Assembly: GCA_049641805.1 (NCBI GenBank)
Contig: JBARNX010000033.1
Span: forward strand, 1 to 55,413
Length of the DNA: 55,413 nucleotides
Direction of reading: 5' to 3'
Source of the DNA: Minisyncoccales bacterium
GTDB lineage: Bacteria; Patescibacteriota; Minisyncoccia; Minisyncoccales; UBA5738
Part shown: positions 44,054 through 52,203 of the stretch, one piece after another
Numbering within the stretch: the stretch's first letter is position 1
Layout: every line of letters starts with the position of its first letter
Program-made: the position numbers and the translations under genes
Notes under the pieces: generated by a model
What the model was told of the DNA's origin: nothing
Database searches by the model: none
What the model saw: the letters and a program-made list of their open reading frames with translations, nothing else

Positions 44054-44075
44054 GCTTCGCTATTTTTTGGAAAAA

Positions 44076-45179
44076 ATGAAGAAGATTTTGATAATTTCAA
44101 TGAAGACCGGGTGGGGGCACATCAAGGCCGCGCAGGCGCTGGAGGAATACGCTAAAAACAATCTGCCGGATTTCAAAATCAGCCATGTCGATCTCTGCGA
44201 GATCGAGCCCGGGCTCGGAAAATTTTTCGAGATTTTTTACGATATTACCAACGACCGTTTGCCCACGGTCTGGGGCGCGGTTTACGAAACTTTCGACAAG
44301 GAAATGGTTTCTTTGGCGTTCCGCAAGGCCAACGGATTTCAGAGATTGTTCCGGCGGCGCATTGGCCGCTATTTAAGAAGGCAAGCTGTGGACGGAGTTA
44401 TTTTCACCAATGTTATTCCCGCGCCCATGGTGGCGCCGGTGTGCCGCGAAATTTATCCTCAAATACCGCTGGCGGTTGTGGTAACCGATTACCACGGCCA
44501 CTCTTATTATAATGTGCCGCTGATTGACCGGTATTTCGTGGCGATTCCCGAAGTTAAGAACGATTTGATCCGGGTGGGCGTGGACGAACAGAAGATTGCC
44601 GTTACCGGCATACCCGTCGGCCAAAAATTTTACGGTCGTTACGATCAAAACGGTTTGGAACGCAAGCTTGGGTTTGGCAATGGTTTTAAAACGGTAACAT
44701 TCATCAGCCGCTTGTCAAAGGATTTCGTGCTTCCGGTTATCAAAAGACTGCTGGAACGCGAAGAAAAAATAAATTTGATAATGGTTTGCGGCGGCAATAA
44801 TGATCTTTATAAAAAAATCAAAAATGAGGTCCCGCCGCGAAAAAATTTTAAACTGGTTAATTGGACCAACCGCATCGATGAATATATGAAGATTTCCGAC
44901 GCGGTGATCAGCAAGCCCGGGGGATTGGTGATTTCGGAGTGTTTGGCGCTTGGCAGGAAGATAATTATGACCGATCCGATTCCGGGTCAGGAAGAACGCA
45001 ACGCGGAGTTTATTGCCAAATACGGCTATGGCGCGTTGGCGCTTACGCCGGATGAAATTGTTGCGGCGGTTGAAAAAATATTGATTATGCCGCGCGCCGG
45101 ACAGGGAGCGGCGCGGTCCGATTCCTGTGCGGAAATTTTAAAATACTTCTTGAATAATCCGGGAGCGGCTTCCAAATAA
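44076..45179 (+). CDS. GT28 diacylglycerol glycosyltransferase (MGDG synthase/UgtP-like)
   Basis: KKILIISMKTGWGHIKAAQAL N-terminus and a GT28 C-terminal domain. Confidence 0.7.
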   Translation: MKKILIISMKTGWGHIKAAQALEEYAKNNLPDFKISHVDLCEIEPGLGKFFEIFYDITNDRLPTVWGAVYETFDKEMVSLAFRKANGFQRLFRRRIGRYLRRQAVDGVIFTNVIPAPMVAPVCREIYPQIPLAVVVTDYHGHSYYNVPLIDRYFVAIPEVKNDLIRVGVDEQKIAVTGIPVGQKFYGRYDQNGLERKLGFGNGFKTVTFISRLSKDFVLPVIKRLLEREEKINLIMVCGGNNDLYKKIKNEVPPRKNFKLVNWTNRIDEYMKISDAVISKPGGLVISECLALGRKIIMTDPIPGQEERNAEFIAKYGYGALALTPDEIVAAVEKILIMPRAGQGAARSDSCAEILKYFLNNPGAASK

Positions 45180-45180
45180 T

Positions 45181-45828
45181 ATGATCAATAAAAAACTGAT
45201 TTGTTTTGATGTTGACGGGACATTAACCGAAACCAAATCTTCGTGGGCTTTTCTTACGGCTAATTTGGGTTGTTCGGTCGAAAAGGTGGTTGAAATATAT
45301 GAAAAAACCGAAAGTGGTTCGATGCCGTTTAAGGAAGGCGTCGATCGTCTTGAAAAAATGTATTTTGAGAGCGGCAAGGCTTTCAAGCAAAACATTCAAG
45401 ATATTTTCAATAAAATCCCTTTAAGGGGCGACGCAAAAGAAACGGTTGATCATCTCAAGCGGTCGGGTTATGGAGTGTATTTAATCTCCAGCGCCATCGA
45501 TCTCTATTTGGATATTGTCGCGCAAAAGGTTGGCGCAAATGGTTTTTTTGGCCATGCGTCATTCGATTTTGACAATGGCGGAGCACTCGCGAAAATCAAT
45601 TATGGCCGCGAACAGGGGCCGGCAAAAGCCAGACAAATAAAAGAACTTTCACGAAAGTTGGATGTGCCGGATCGGCAAGTAATTTTTGTCGGCGACGGCC
45701 GGAACGATATTGAAGCTTTTAGACTCACCGGGCATGGAATCGCGATCCATCCTTATGACCGGGAATTGGAAGAAATTGCGTGGAAGAAAATCAAATCATT
45801 GTCAGAAATCAAGAATATATTACAATAG
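45181..45828 (+). CDS. HAD-IB hydrolase (phosphoserine phosphatase-like)
   Basis: CFDVDGTLT and GDGRNDIEA. Confidence 0.65.
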   Translation: MINKKLICFDVDGTLTETKSSWAFLTANLGCSVEKVVEIYEKTESGSMPFKEGVDRLEKMYFESGKAFKQNIQDIFNKIPLRGDAKETVDHLKRSGYGVYLISSAIDLYLDIVAQKVGANGFFGHASFDFDNGGALAKINYGREQGPAKARQIKELSRKLDVPDRQVIFVGDGRNDIEAFRLTGHGIAIHPYDRELEEIAWKKIKSLSEIKNILQ

Positions 45829-45872
45829 TTGAAAGGTCGGGTATTATTAAATTCATTAATGTTTTTAAATTT

Positions 45873-46076
45873 ATGAAACTTAATTGGCTCGACATTGCGG
45901 CTCTTGTTTTGGTGATCGTGGGAGGTTTGAATTGGGGGTTGTTCGGCCTTTTTGATTATGATCTGGTGGCGCAATTATTCGGCGCCGCGCCGATTGTTGC
46001 CAAGATTGTCTATGATCTGGTCGGACTAGCCGCCATTTATCTGGCGATCATTGCGCCCAAACTGGCAAGACAATAA
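45873..46076 (+). CDS. DUF378 small membrane protein
   Basis: IVGGLNWGLFGLFDYDLV. Confidence 0.6.
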   Translation: MKLNWLDIAALVLVIVGGLNWGLFGLFDYDLVAQLFGAAPIVAKIVYDLVGLAAIYLAIIAPKLARQ

Positions 46077-46097
46077 TATCGTCTTCGCTTGGTAATT

Positions 46098-46127
46098 AAA
46101 AAACGGCCTCTCTGAGGGCCGTTTTTT
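46098..46127. terminator. Bidirectional terminator
   Basis: aaaaaacggcc...ggccgtttttt, between convergent genes. Confidence 0.6.
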
Positions 46128-46142
46128 CGTATAAACGGAAAT

Positions 46143-47180
46143 TTAGCAAGTCTTTTTTTCAAGCAGCCGGACGCCGAGCTTGATGATCTTGCCGTTGCGC
46201 ATTACCGTTATTGGAATTTCATCGCCGATTTTGCAATCTTGTAAAATATCGGTTAACAGCCGTTCATTGGAAATTTTTTGGCCGCCGAATTCCAAAATAA
46301 TGTCATATTCTTTCAACCCGGCGAGGGCCGCGGCGCTTCCCGGGATTACTGCCGGTTCGCCGAATGTTTCGCGCACGATCAAGGCGCCGTAGTCAACCGG
46401 AAGCTTGTTGGCCTGTGCAATTTCGGCATTGAGGATCACATAGCGGATACCCATGAACGGCCGTTTTAATTTGCCGTATTTTAGAACTTCGTCAAGCATC
46501 TTTTTGGCATAGTTGACCGGGATGGCAAATCCCAGATTTTGCGCGCCCATAACCATAGCGGTATTGATGCCGATGGCTTCGGCGTTCATATTTACCAGCG
46601 GCCCGCCGGAATTTCCCGGGTTGATGGCCGCGTCGGTTTGGATTAAGCCGCGGAGGCTCGTTTCCTGCATTTTACTGCCGCCGTAAGCAGTGATCTTGCG
46701 GCTCAACCCGGAAACGATGCCGGCCGACAGGGTATCGTCGAACTCTCCCATGGGATTGCCCACGGCCAGCACATCTTCGCCCAGTTGTATTTTTGTCGAA
46801 TTTCCCATTGTTAAACTCGGCAACCGTTCAGCGTTGATTTTTAGGATCGCTACATCAATTAACGGGTCCTTGGCTAAAACTTGGCAGGCGTATTTATGTT
46901 CCGGGTCGATAATCGCGGTATAGCTGGCATCGACATCGTCAACCACATGCGAGCAAGTGAGAATATATCCGTCTGGCGAAATGACGAACCCCGATCCGCC
47001 GCCGATCTTGGTTTTTTCCTTGGAATTGTTGATCTTGGGGATCACGGTTTGCTGGTCTCCCAGCGGCACGAAATAAAATCCTTCCACCTTGGAAACATCT
47101 TTGGAAACGACAATGGTGATGACCGCCGGACATACTTTCTTGGCAACCGAAACAATCGGCGAGATGTGTTTTTTGGGCAT
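46143..47180 (-). CDS. HtrA/DegP-family serine protease with a PDZ domain
   Basis: GNSGGPLVN, plus a C-terminal PDZ-like segment. Confidence 0.85.
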   Translation of the reverse strand: MPKKHISPIVSVAKKVCPAVITIVVSKDVSKVEGFYFVPLGDQQTVIPKINNSKEKTKIGGGSGFVISPDGYILTCSHVVDDVDASYTAIIDPEHKYACQVLAKDPLIDVAILKINAERLPSLTMGNSTKIQLGEDVLAVGNPMGEFDDTLSAGIVSGLSRKITAYGGSKMQETSLRGLIQTDAAINPGNSGGPLVNMNAEAIGINTAMVMGAQNLGFAIPVNYAKKMLDEVLKYGKLKRPFMGIRYVILNAEIAQANKLPVDYGALIVRETFGEPAVIPGSAAALAGLKEYDIILEFGGQKISNERLLTDILQDCKIGDEIPITVMRNGKIIKLGVRLLEKKTC

Positions 47181-47334
47181 ATATCTGATTTTTATGGTTT
47201 ATTGTACCATTGAAATCCGTTGCCAACAAGCCGATTTTTTGCTACGCTTTGGGTGCATTCTTGTATTTTGCATTTAATTTTGACATTTGAAATTGGAAAT
47301 TTTAAATTCTCCCGCCTGCTGGCGGGAAGTACCC

Positions 47335-47406
47335 GCCCCTATAGTTCAATGGACAGAACGAGAGACTCCTAAGCTCTAGATCCAGGTCCGATTCCTGGCA
47401 GGGGCA
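47335..47406 (+). tRNA. tRNA-Arg (anticodon CCT)
   Basis: Hand-folded: D arm GTTC/GAAC, anticodon loop CTCCTAA, T arm CCAGG-TCCGATT-CCTGG. There is one 7:66 mismatch. Confidence 0.75.
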
Positions 47407-47430
47407 CAAATTTTGCGAACAAAATTTGAA

Positions 47431-47527
47431 GTAGTTGGTAATTGGTACTTGGTAATTAGAGAAATGTAAAATATTTGAAATACCGAAAGCAAAATTTTCC
47501 TAATTACTAATTGCTCACACAAACTAC
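47431..47527 (+). repeat. Long imperfect hairpin between the two tRNA genes
   Basis: The ggtaattgg-type arms pair, with G-T pairs on the + strand. The centre aaatgtaaaatatttgaaataccgaaagcaaaatttt resembles the centre of element f. Confidence 0.55.
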
Positions 47528-47583
47528 CAAATTTATTGTTTTTGGTTGCAAAATAGCGGATTTATTGTAATATCGAAATATTA

Positions 47584-47654
47584 AGGGCCTGTAGTATAGT
47601 GGTATCACGCCTCCATGGCATGGAGGTAATCGGAGTCCGATTCTCCGCAGGTCC
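47584..47654 (+). tRNA. tRNA-Ala (anticodon GGC)
   Basis: G3-T70 in the acceptor stem, anticodon arm CCTCC-ATGGCAT-GGAGG, T arm CGGAG-TCCGATT-CTCCG. Confidence 0.8.
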
Positions 47655-47688
47655 ACAAAATTTTAAAGCCGCTTTTTAAGGCGGTTTT

Positions 47689-47778
47689 GTTATCCACAGG
47701 CAAATCACATGGTTAATTTCCATATTTTATCTTAAAATAAGATAAAAATAATTATTTTATCCTCAACCCTGTGGAAAA
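47689..47778. promoter_or_regulatory. DnaA-box-like cluster with an AT-rich core
   Basis: TTATCCACA (47689-47697, perfect). TTATCCTCA (47757-47765). TTTTCCACA on the minus strand (47770-47778). Confidence 0.3.
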
Positions 47779-47883
47779 GTGGTTGGAGTTGGGGATTGAA
47801 GTGAAATTTAGTTATAATAAATAGTGGATTTTATAATTTGCGCTGAGTTTTTGGATTTGATAAGATAAAAAAAGATAAAATCA

Positions 47884-48639
47884 TTGATAATGGTAAAAAA
47901 CAGTGGAAAACAATTTAAAGCGCGAAATTTGACCGCAAAAAAATCCCGCAGCGCGGCGTATCCGCTGCTGTCTTTGCCGCGGGCGGTCGAGGCGGCCAAG
48001 AAAATCTATGAAAATCTGGGAGCGGGTCCGCATTCGCGCGCTGCGCTGGCGCAGGGATTGGGTTATGCTTCGTTTTCCGGCGCAGTTTCGGGCAAGGTTG
48101 GCGCGCTGGTCCATTTTGGATTATTGTCGCGGTTGGCCGGGCGTTATTCGGTTACTGCCCGCGCCCGCGCGATTTTCAAATATCCTGAAGAGAATTGCGT
48201 TATCGAAATCGGCGCCGCGGCAGTGCAACCGGCGCTTTATCGGGCGCTGATCGCGCGATTTTCCGGAGATTTTTTGCCTAATAATTTGGGAGCGGTGTTG
48301 ACCGCGGGTTATGGGATAACGCAGAAAGCCGCGGTCGTTGCCGCCGCCAATTTTGTTGAAACGATAAATTTCGCCGGAATCGCCAGAGACGGGCGAATTA
48401 ATGTCCCGGAATTCGGCGGCGCGCCGGAAAGCGAAGAGCCGCATAATGTTTTAAGCGGCGGTTCCGACAAACAGGAGAATAAGGTTTCGACAGTGCCGGA
48501 GAAAAATGGAGGAATAAAAATAAAATTGCCGTCGGGGACAGAAATAGCGTTTCCGAATTATCTGGCATACCGGATTTCAATGGGGGAATTTGCCGATGAA
48601 TTGAAAAATTTGGAAAAAAAGATCCGGGGCGCGGAATAA
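47884..48639 (+). CDS. Hypothetical protein
   Basis: 251-aa ORF with higher GC. No motif recognised. TTG start, or ATG at 47890. Confidence 0.4.
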   Translation: MIMVKNSGKQFKARNLTAKKSRSAAYPLLSLPRAVEAAKKIYENLGAGPHSRAALAQGLGYASFSGAVSGKVGALVHFGLLSRLAGRYSVTARARAIFKYPEENCVIEIGAAAVQPALYRALIARFSGDFLPNNLGAVLTAGYGITQKAAVVAAANFVETINFAGIARDGRINVPEFGGAPESEEPHNVLSGGSDKQENKVSTVPEKNGGIKIKLPSGTEIAFPNYLAYRISMGEFADELKNLEKKIRGAE

Positions 48640-48663
48640 TTGTATGGCGGAATATGAAATTTA

Positions 48664-48785
48664 TTCTTTTCGTACCCCGTCAGTTTGCTATGGGAAACAA
48701 AAAGAATGAGAAATCCTTGGCGAAGTTCAAGCAATCTTGGAAGAAACATCCTCCGTTTGCGGCGGGGTTAATACTCTGACGCAAG
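48664..48785 (+). repeat. Structured repeat, degenerate copy A
   Basis: Aligns with 55321-55413 (ttcttttYRtaccccgtcag...aaaaagaatgag...aaacatcctc...ttgcggcggggttaatac). Confidence 0.6.
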
Positions 48786-48793
48786 AACTTAAT

Positions 48794-49336
48794 TTATTCA
48801 ATGCAACAGTTGATGGCTTTTTTGACTATGGCACCGAGCTTGCCCATGAATCCTTGCGGATTGTTGTCGTGTTTGTTTATCGCTTGGTCGTCGATTTTTT
48901 TTATGTCTCCGGTTTTTAAAACGCCCATATTCAAACCCCAGAAGAGGGTGTAACACTTGAAAGATTTTTCAAAAAGCCGGTAAGCTTCTTCTTTTTTGCC
49001 AAGCGCCAGTTGTTTGGTGCCCACTTCCATCAGGCGGTAGGAGGCGGCCAACAGGTGTTTGGAGATGCACCAAATTTCGCCTTCGGGTTCTTTCACGATC
49101 TCTTTTAACAACTCTTTGCGCATCTCGCGCACCTCATAAAGGAAATCATAGTATTCTTTTTTGCCGGTTTTTTCGGCGGTGAAAAAGAAATGTTCTTCAA
49201 TACCGACTAAATTCATGATGGCCACGGTCAGGTCTTGATCGCTGGACAAATCCATTTTGTCCTTTTTTTTCATTTCGTCGAATTTAGCGACGAACTCATC
49301 CAAATTTCCGATCGGATTTGTATTTTTTATTTCCAT
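48794..49336 (-). CDS. Hypothetical protein
   Basis: 180-aa helical ORF. No motif recognised. Confidence 0.4.
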   Translation of the reverse strand: MEIKNTNPIGNLDEFVAKFDEMKKKDKMDLSSDQDLTVAIMNLVGIEEHFFFTAEKTGKKEYYDFLYEVREMRKELLKEIVKEPEGEIWCISKHLLAASYRLMEVGTKQLALGKKEEAYRLFEKSFKCYTLFWGLNMGVLKTGDIKKIDDQAINKHDNNPQGFMGKLGAIVKKAINCCIE

Positions 49337-49340
49337 TTGA

Positions 49341-49853
49341 TTATTTGGTTAGTAGATAGAAAAGTATGGTAAAAACAAGTAAAAACGCAACCGGGAAAGC
49401 CACTTTTTCAAAGGGGAAATGGGCATGGCCGTTATTGCGCTGTTTCAGAAATCCGTACAGTTTGGCGGCGAAGAAAAACACGGCCGTGCCTTCGATAATC
49501 CCAAGCATCAATTTATCGCTGGCGCAGGAGCAAGCGAATGCCGTTGGGTCGGCGACGATTTCGGCGTAATGGAGCGGTACGATTGCGAACGCGTAATAAG
49601 CCAGAATCACGAAAAATTTCTTGAACAAGAAACGGATTTTTTTTCTGTCCAGCCAGTCGATGGTCCACAAGCTGATTGACAACAAAAATCCGCCCAGCCA
49701 TAAGCCGGTGATCGAGTCATCGATTCCCAGCCAGCGCGACATTCCGATGCCCGCGCCCACAGCCACGGTGCAAGCCGGACAAACCGCCAGCGTTTTCGGC
49801 GCGGCGGCCAATCCCGCGAACAAAGCCAGGAGGAATGAAGTTTTTTTTAACAT
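49341..49853 (-). CDS. Multi-pass membrane protein with CPAC and CSC motifs
   Basis: Signal/TM1 ends in AVCPACTV. A second Cys pair is FACSCASD. About 5 TM helices. Confidence 0.45.
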   Translation of the reverse strand: MLKKTSFLLALFAGLAAAPKTLAVCPACTVAVGAGIGMSRWLGIDDSITGLWLGGFLLSISLWTIDWLDRKKIRFLFKKFFVILAYYAFAIVPLHYAEIVADPTAFACSCASDKLMLGIIEGTAVFFFAAKLYGFLKQRNNGHAHFPFEKVAFPVAFLLVFTILFYLLTK

Positions 49854-49857
49854 CGCG

Positions 49858-50262
49858 TTATTTATTTCGTGCTAAGAAATTTATGATCTCATCCGATCCT
49901 TTGTCGGTCTGGCCGCCATAGCATTTGCCGGTTTCTTTGTCTTGGAGCATCGGCACGCCCAATTTGCCCATATCCAGGCCGCAGGCGCGCGCGAGTTCAA
50001 CCATTTCGTTTTTATTCGCCGGATTGCTCCAAATTTCTTTTTGGATGACGCCCAGTTTATTTTCCGGGTCGTTTTGATTAAGATATCCTTCGACGATTTT
50101 GCAATGGGGACAGCCGTTTCCGTAATACAAAACAAATGCAAAGGTTCGGCGGTCGTTACCAATCGAGGAAATTTTTCTTTCTTTGGCCAGGCCGGTTATC
50201 GTAAATGATGAAGCAATAATGAGAAACAATAACGCGGCGGCCAGTTTTTTTGTTGCGTTCAT
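49858..50262 (-). CDS. Exported thioredoxin/glutaredoxin-fold protein
   Basis: N-terminal signal anchor and a CPHC active site. Confidence 0.65.
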   Translation of the reverse strand: MNATKKLAAALLFLIIASSFTITGLAKERKISSIGNDRRTFAFVLYYGNGCPHCKIVEGYLNQNDPENKLGVIQKEIWSNPANKNEMVELARACGLDMGKLGVPMLQDKETGKCYGGQTDKGSDEIINFLARNK

Positions 50263-50389
50263 TGGGGCGGAATTTAGAATATAAAACCGAACACAAATCC
50301 ATTATAGTGTAAAAAATACCGCTATAAAAGAATATAGTTTTAACAACGGCTATTTGTCAATAAACGCGATTTTGGTATCCTGTAATCAT

Positions 50390-51085
50390 ATGGAGAAAAG
50401 ATTTTTGCCATTGGCGGTATTTGTTTGTTCTTTTGCCATGGCCGCGCCGGTTTTGGCGCATTTGCCTTATATGGCGGGGAGTAATTCCGGAATCACGGTC
50501 GATGAGCCTGAAATTTCCAAAACTTATTACGGCTGGTTGCAAGGCAAGCCGGCGGTTTATTTGATTGATTCAGCCAAACAGTTCTTGCTGTATTTGAATT
50601 TGTTGTCGCCGCAAGTCGACGGCTCCCGGCAGGATTTTTCGGCAAAAGTTTATAAAGACGGGAAATTATTGGCGGCATTAAACAGCGACGATGCGGTTTG
50701 GCTGGTGACATACGAACCGTTTGCCAACGATTATTATGTTAAAGGGCCGGAATATGAAGCACCGGCATCCGCCGGAAATTATCGGGTTGAGGTTTATAAT
50801 TCAGGCAACAGCGGCAATTATGTTTTGGCGATAGGAAGGGCCGAAAATTTATCGCTGGGCCGGTTTTTGCGGACATTGTCGGTTCTACCGGCCGTGAAAC
50901 AGGATTTTTTCGGTAAACCGTGGTGGGAAGCCTATAATAATTTCGTCGGCCTGGCGGCGTTTTTCGCCGTTGTTATTTTAGCCGCGGCGATATATTTTAC
51001 GATTTCCTTGATAAATACCCGGCGCTTGAAAGTCCGGCTTGACAATGAATATGGCAAACACCAAAATAACCGGAGTGCAGGGTGA
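50390..51085 (+). CDS. Exported protein with a C-terminal TM anchor
   Basis: Signal peptide MEKRFLPLAVFVCSFAMAAPVLA. C-terminal TM helix. Confidence 0.4.
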   Translation: MEKRFLPLAVFVCSFAMAAPVLAHLPYMAGSNSGITVDEPEISKTYYGWLQGKPAVYLIDSAKQFLLYLNLLSPQVDGSRQDFSAKVYKDGKLLAALNSDDAVWLVTYEPFANDYYVKGPEYEAPASAGNYRVEVYNSGNSGNYVLAIGRAENLSLGRFLRTLSVLPAVKQDFFGKPWWEAYNNFVGLAAFFAVVILAAAIYFTISLINTRRLKVRLDNEYGKHQNNRSAG

Positions 51086-51467
51086 GAAAATCGCGGCGGA
51101 TTATCTGCGAAGCAGGGGGTACAGAATTCTGGAGAGAAATTATTTCTTGCGCGCATCGCATGGCCCCAAAATCGCCGAAGTGGATATTATTGCCAAAAAA
51201 CGCGATGTTTTCGCGTTCGTGGAGGTGAAGACTATCAAAGCCAACAGCAGATTTTTGGCGCAGGATAAAGTTAATGAAACAAAAAAATGGAAGATTGCCA
51301 AAGCCGCGGAGATGTGGCTGATCAAAAATAAAATTCAGTTGGATGCCAAATGGCAGATTGATGTGATCGCGATTGAATTGCTGCCTGACAACCGCTCGAC
51401 ATTGATAAAAAAACTCCTCGGTCCCAAATTCACCCTTTCGCATTTCGAAAATGTGTCCGGCGGTTGA
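51045..51467 (+). CDS. YraN-family (UPF0102) endonuclease-like protein
   Basis: GEKIAADYLRSRGYRILERNY...AEVDIIAKK...FVEVKT. Confidence 0.7.
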   Translation: MNMANTKITGVQGEKIAADYLRSRGYRILERNYFLRASHGPKIAEVDIIAKKRDVFAFVEVKTIKANSRFLAQDKVNETKKWKIAKAAEMWLIKNKIQLDAKWQIDVIAIELLPDNRSTLIKKLLGPKFTLSHFENVSGG

Positions 51468-51471
51468 TGCT

Positions 51472-52152
51472 TTATTTGGCCAAGGCTTTTAGTTTTGCCA
51501 TGGTACGGAAGGGATGGTCGAGGGCTTTTTCTATGAACGGAGCCATTTTGCCGCCAACACCGCCCTTTTTTTGTTTAATCGCGGCAATGATTTGCGCGGC
51601 GGTGATGGCGGGGGAATAATCAAGCGGAAGTTCCAGCCATGCCTTGCCGATGAAACGGTTGGCAAAATGCGCGTCGGAGCCGGCGGTGAAGGCCAGGTCG
51701 TGTTTTTTGGCGAATGCGGCCGCGGCGTCGTTGCCTTTAAAGACCGAGGCGTTGAGGATTTCAATGCCGTCGATTTGGCCAAGATAATTTTCCAAATTAT
51801 TCTTAAAGCCGCACCACAATCCGAAAGGGTGGGCGACAATGGCCAGGCCGCCTTGGCCGTGGATGCGCGCGATTGATTCTTCGGCCGATAAATGGTCGGG
51901 GATTGATTCTTTGATATTAAGCCCGAGGATGTCGCCGGATTTGGATTTAACCTCTTCAGAGATTATAATAAGAATGGGCAGATTATTTTTTTGGGCGTAT
52001 TCGGCGGCTTTCAACGAACCGTTGATGTTGCCGTGGTCGGCGATGGCAATGCATTGAATCCCGCGCTTAACGGCCAGATCGGCGATCTTCTTGGGATCAG
52101 CCATACTGTCAAACGAATATTTGCTGTGGATATGCAGGTCGCACTTGATCAT
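51472..52152 (-). CDS. PHP-domain phosphoesterase
   Basis: MIKCDLHIHSKYSFDS...IADHGN. ATG at 52152 is preferred over the long track ORF. Confidence 0.7.
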   Translation of the reverse strand: MIKCDLHIHSKYSFDSMADPKKIADLAVKRGIQCIAIADHGNINGSLKAAEYAQKNNLPILIIISEEVKSKSGDILGLNIKESIPDHLSAEESIARIHGQGGLAIVAHPFGLWCGFKNNLENYLGQIDGIEILNASVFKGNDAAAAFAKKHDLAFTAGSDAHFANRFIGKAWLELPLDYSPAITAAQIIAAIKQKKGGVGGKMAPFIEKALDHPFRTMAKLKALAK

Positions 52153-52203
52153 ATTTGAAATTTTAGCATATAGTTGTATTGTATCAATAAGCAGCGCCCG
52201 GAT

